DNA from: Raja brachyura
Taxonomy: Eukaryota
Direction of reading: 5' to 3'
Assembly (NCBI GenBank): GCA_963514005.1
Contig: OY740803.1
Coordinates: 13,702,001 to 13,766,000, forward strand
DNA: 64,000 bases
This document shows, piece by piece, positions 62,998-64,000 of this stretch (positions are counted from its first letter, which is position 1; every line of letters starts with the position of its first letter). Both the position numbers and the translations under genes were made by a program. The notes below the pieces were generated by a model. That model had not been told where the DNA came from and searched no databases. It saw nothing but the letters and a program-made list of their open reading frames with translations.

Positions 62998-63324
62998 ATA
63001 TGAGATTTTATTTTACCAAATCACAGCAATTACTTCACGAAGCCACCTGCTACAGAGTCTGTTTCCATTATGAAGACTGAGTTTTGTACCGGGCACTGCA
63101 CTATCGCAGCATGTATTAGAGAAGTTATAATAAATATTTTTGGCCACAAGTCAATCCTAGATTGAACAGGGAATGCCCAATGTGTTCTCTGAGTGAGAAA
63201 AATATAATTATTCACCGCAGAAGAAGAGTGTGGATCCTCACTCATGGAATAGGTGAGTCAATTGCTGGTTAAAGATTTAACTGAAGAAATACAAACAGCT
63301 GTTAACTTTTGATAGATATATTGA

Positions 63325-63596
63325 TAAATACAGCGTGGAAACAGGTGCTCAGGCCCACCAAGCCCAGGTCGACCTTTGGTCACCCGTTCACACAAGTTCA
63401 ATGCTACCCCTCTTTCGCATTCACTCTCTACACACTAGGGACAATTTACGGAGGCCAATCAACCCGCAACCTTCCCACCTTTGGAATGTGGGAGAAAACC
63501 AGAGCACCCGGAAGAAACCCACGCAGTCAAAGGGAGAACTCCATACAGACTGCAAGGTCAGGATCGAACCCAGGTCCTTGGTGTGAGGCAGCAGCC
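63325..63596 (-). mobile_element. HE1-type V-SINE
   Basis: Head, V-domain and tail. Confidence 0.82.
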
Positions 63597-63831
63597 CCTT
63601 CTTCACACTACTTCTCTCAGACACAAGGCAATCAGAAGGACCACAACAGCATGACTGTCCTAATAGTTCAACGAGCAACTGCTCATTGCTCAGTTTGACA
63701 GCATTCCAGTTTTCTTAAGGTAGCTACTACCTACATTTTTGAAATGATAAAAGCTCAGAGCAATATCCAGGATCAAATAAGTTATTTTGACTGAAAAATA
63801 AGTTGAAGTCAAAATTGCAGTGAAGACTTAC

Positions 63832-63956
63832 TCTAAAACGGCATGTGTTGCAGCCTCCGAGTGGTAGCGGTAGACAAGCAGACAGCGATCAACTCGAAAC
63901 ATGCCTCCTCCCTTGCGAATAACTTCATAGAAGAACAGCAAATCTTCGGGGACACC
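63832..63956 (-). CDS. B3GNTL1: B3GNTL1/QTGAL coding exon (first in window), GT2-family glycosyltransferase
   Basis: Minus strand reads cactaat...tttctctcag|GGT...TTA GA|gtaagt. The 125 nt translate to [41 protein letters not shown](E), matching my recollection of vertebrate B3GNTL1 ([18 protein letters not shown]...HPQAATHCVLE). Ends in phase 2. Confidence 0.93.
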
Positions 63957-64000
63957 CTGAGAGAAATTGATTAGTGACAGATTAGGTGTTGAATATGAGC

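Noticed and set aside
63221-63252. Plus-strand 32-nt micro-exon (cag|...ag|gtgagt)
   Set aside because: No partner exons or recognisable coding; such sites are expected by chance in 64 kb.
3661-63596. tRNA genes suggested by GGTTCGATCC motifs
   Set aside because: All are heads of HE1-type SINEs followed by a V-domain; no complete cloverleaf.
1-64000. CRISPR-like regularly spaced repeats
   Set aside because: Recurring motifs are irregularly dispersed SINE and Penelope copies in eukaryotic DNA, with no repeat-spacer periodicity.

Overview
Repeat-rich vertebrate genomic DNA, most likely from a cartilaginous fish (skate or ray), judged from abundant HE1-type V-SINEs, CR1/HER1-like LINEs, Rex1/Babar LINEs and Penelope relics. 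The window lies inside a minus-strand host gene, B3GNTL1 (QTGAL, queuosine-tRNA galactosyltransferase). Four consecutive in-phase GT-AG coding exons are present (63832-63956, 12845-12980, 6225-6293, 2684-2758), with one 50.9-kb intron. The main feature is a young, apparently intact 4.78-kb DIRS1-type tyrosine-recombinase retrotransposon (16172-20946, minus strand). It has perfect ITRs, an internal complementary region, a single fused Gag-RT-RNaseH-methyltransferase ORF and a recombinase ORF with no AUG start. A splice donor at the Gag/RT border and an acceptor at the recombinase start would join Gag in frame to the recombinase (inferred, not shown). Other notable items are Penelope-derived palindromic elements with minimal hammerhead cores, an L1 insertion with a 90-bp duplication, a DNA transposon with a 7-bp TSD, two sister solo LTRs and several short insertions copied from nearby sequence. 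Repeat boundaries are approximate unless a TSD is quoted.
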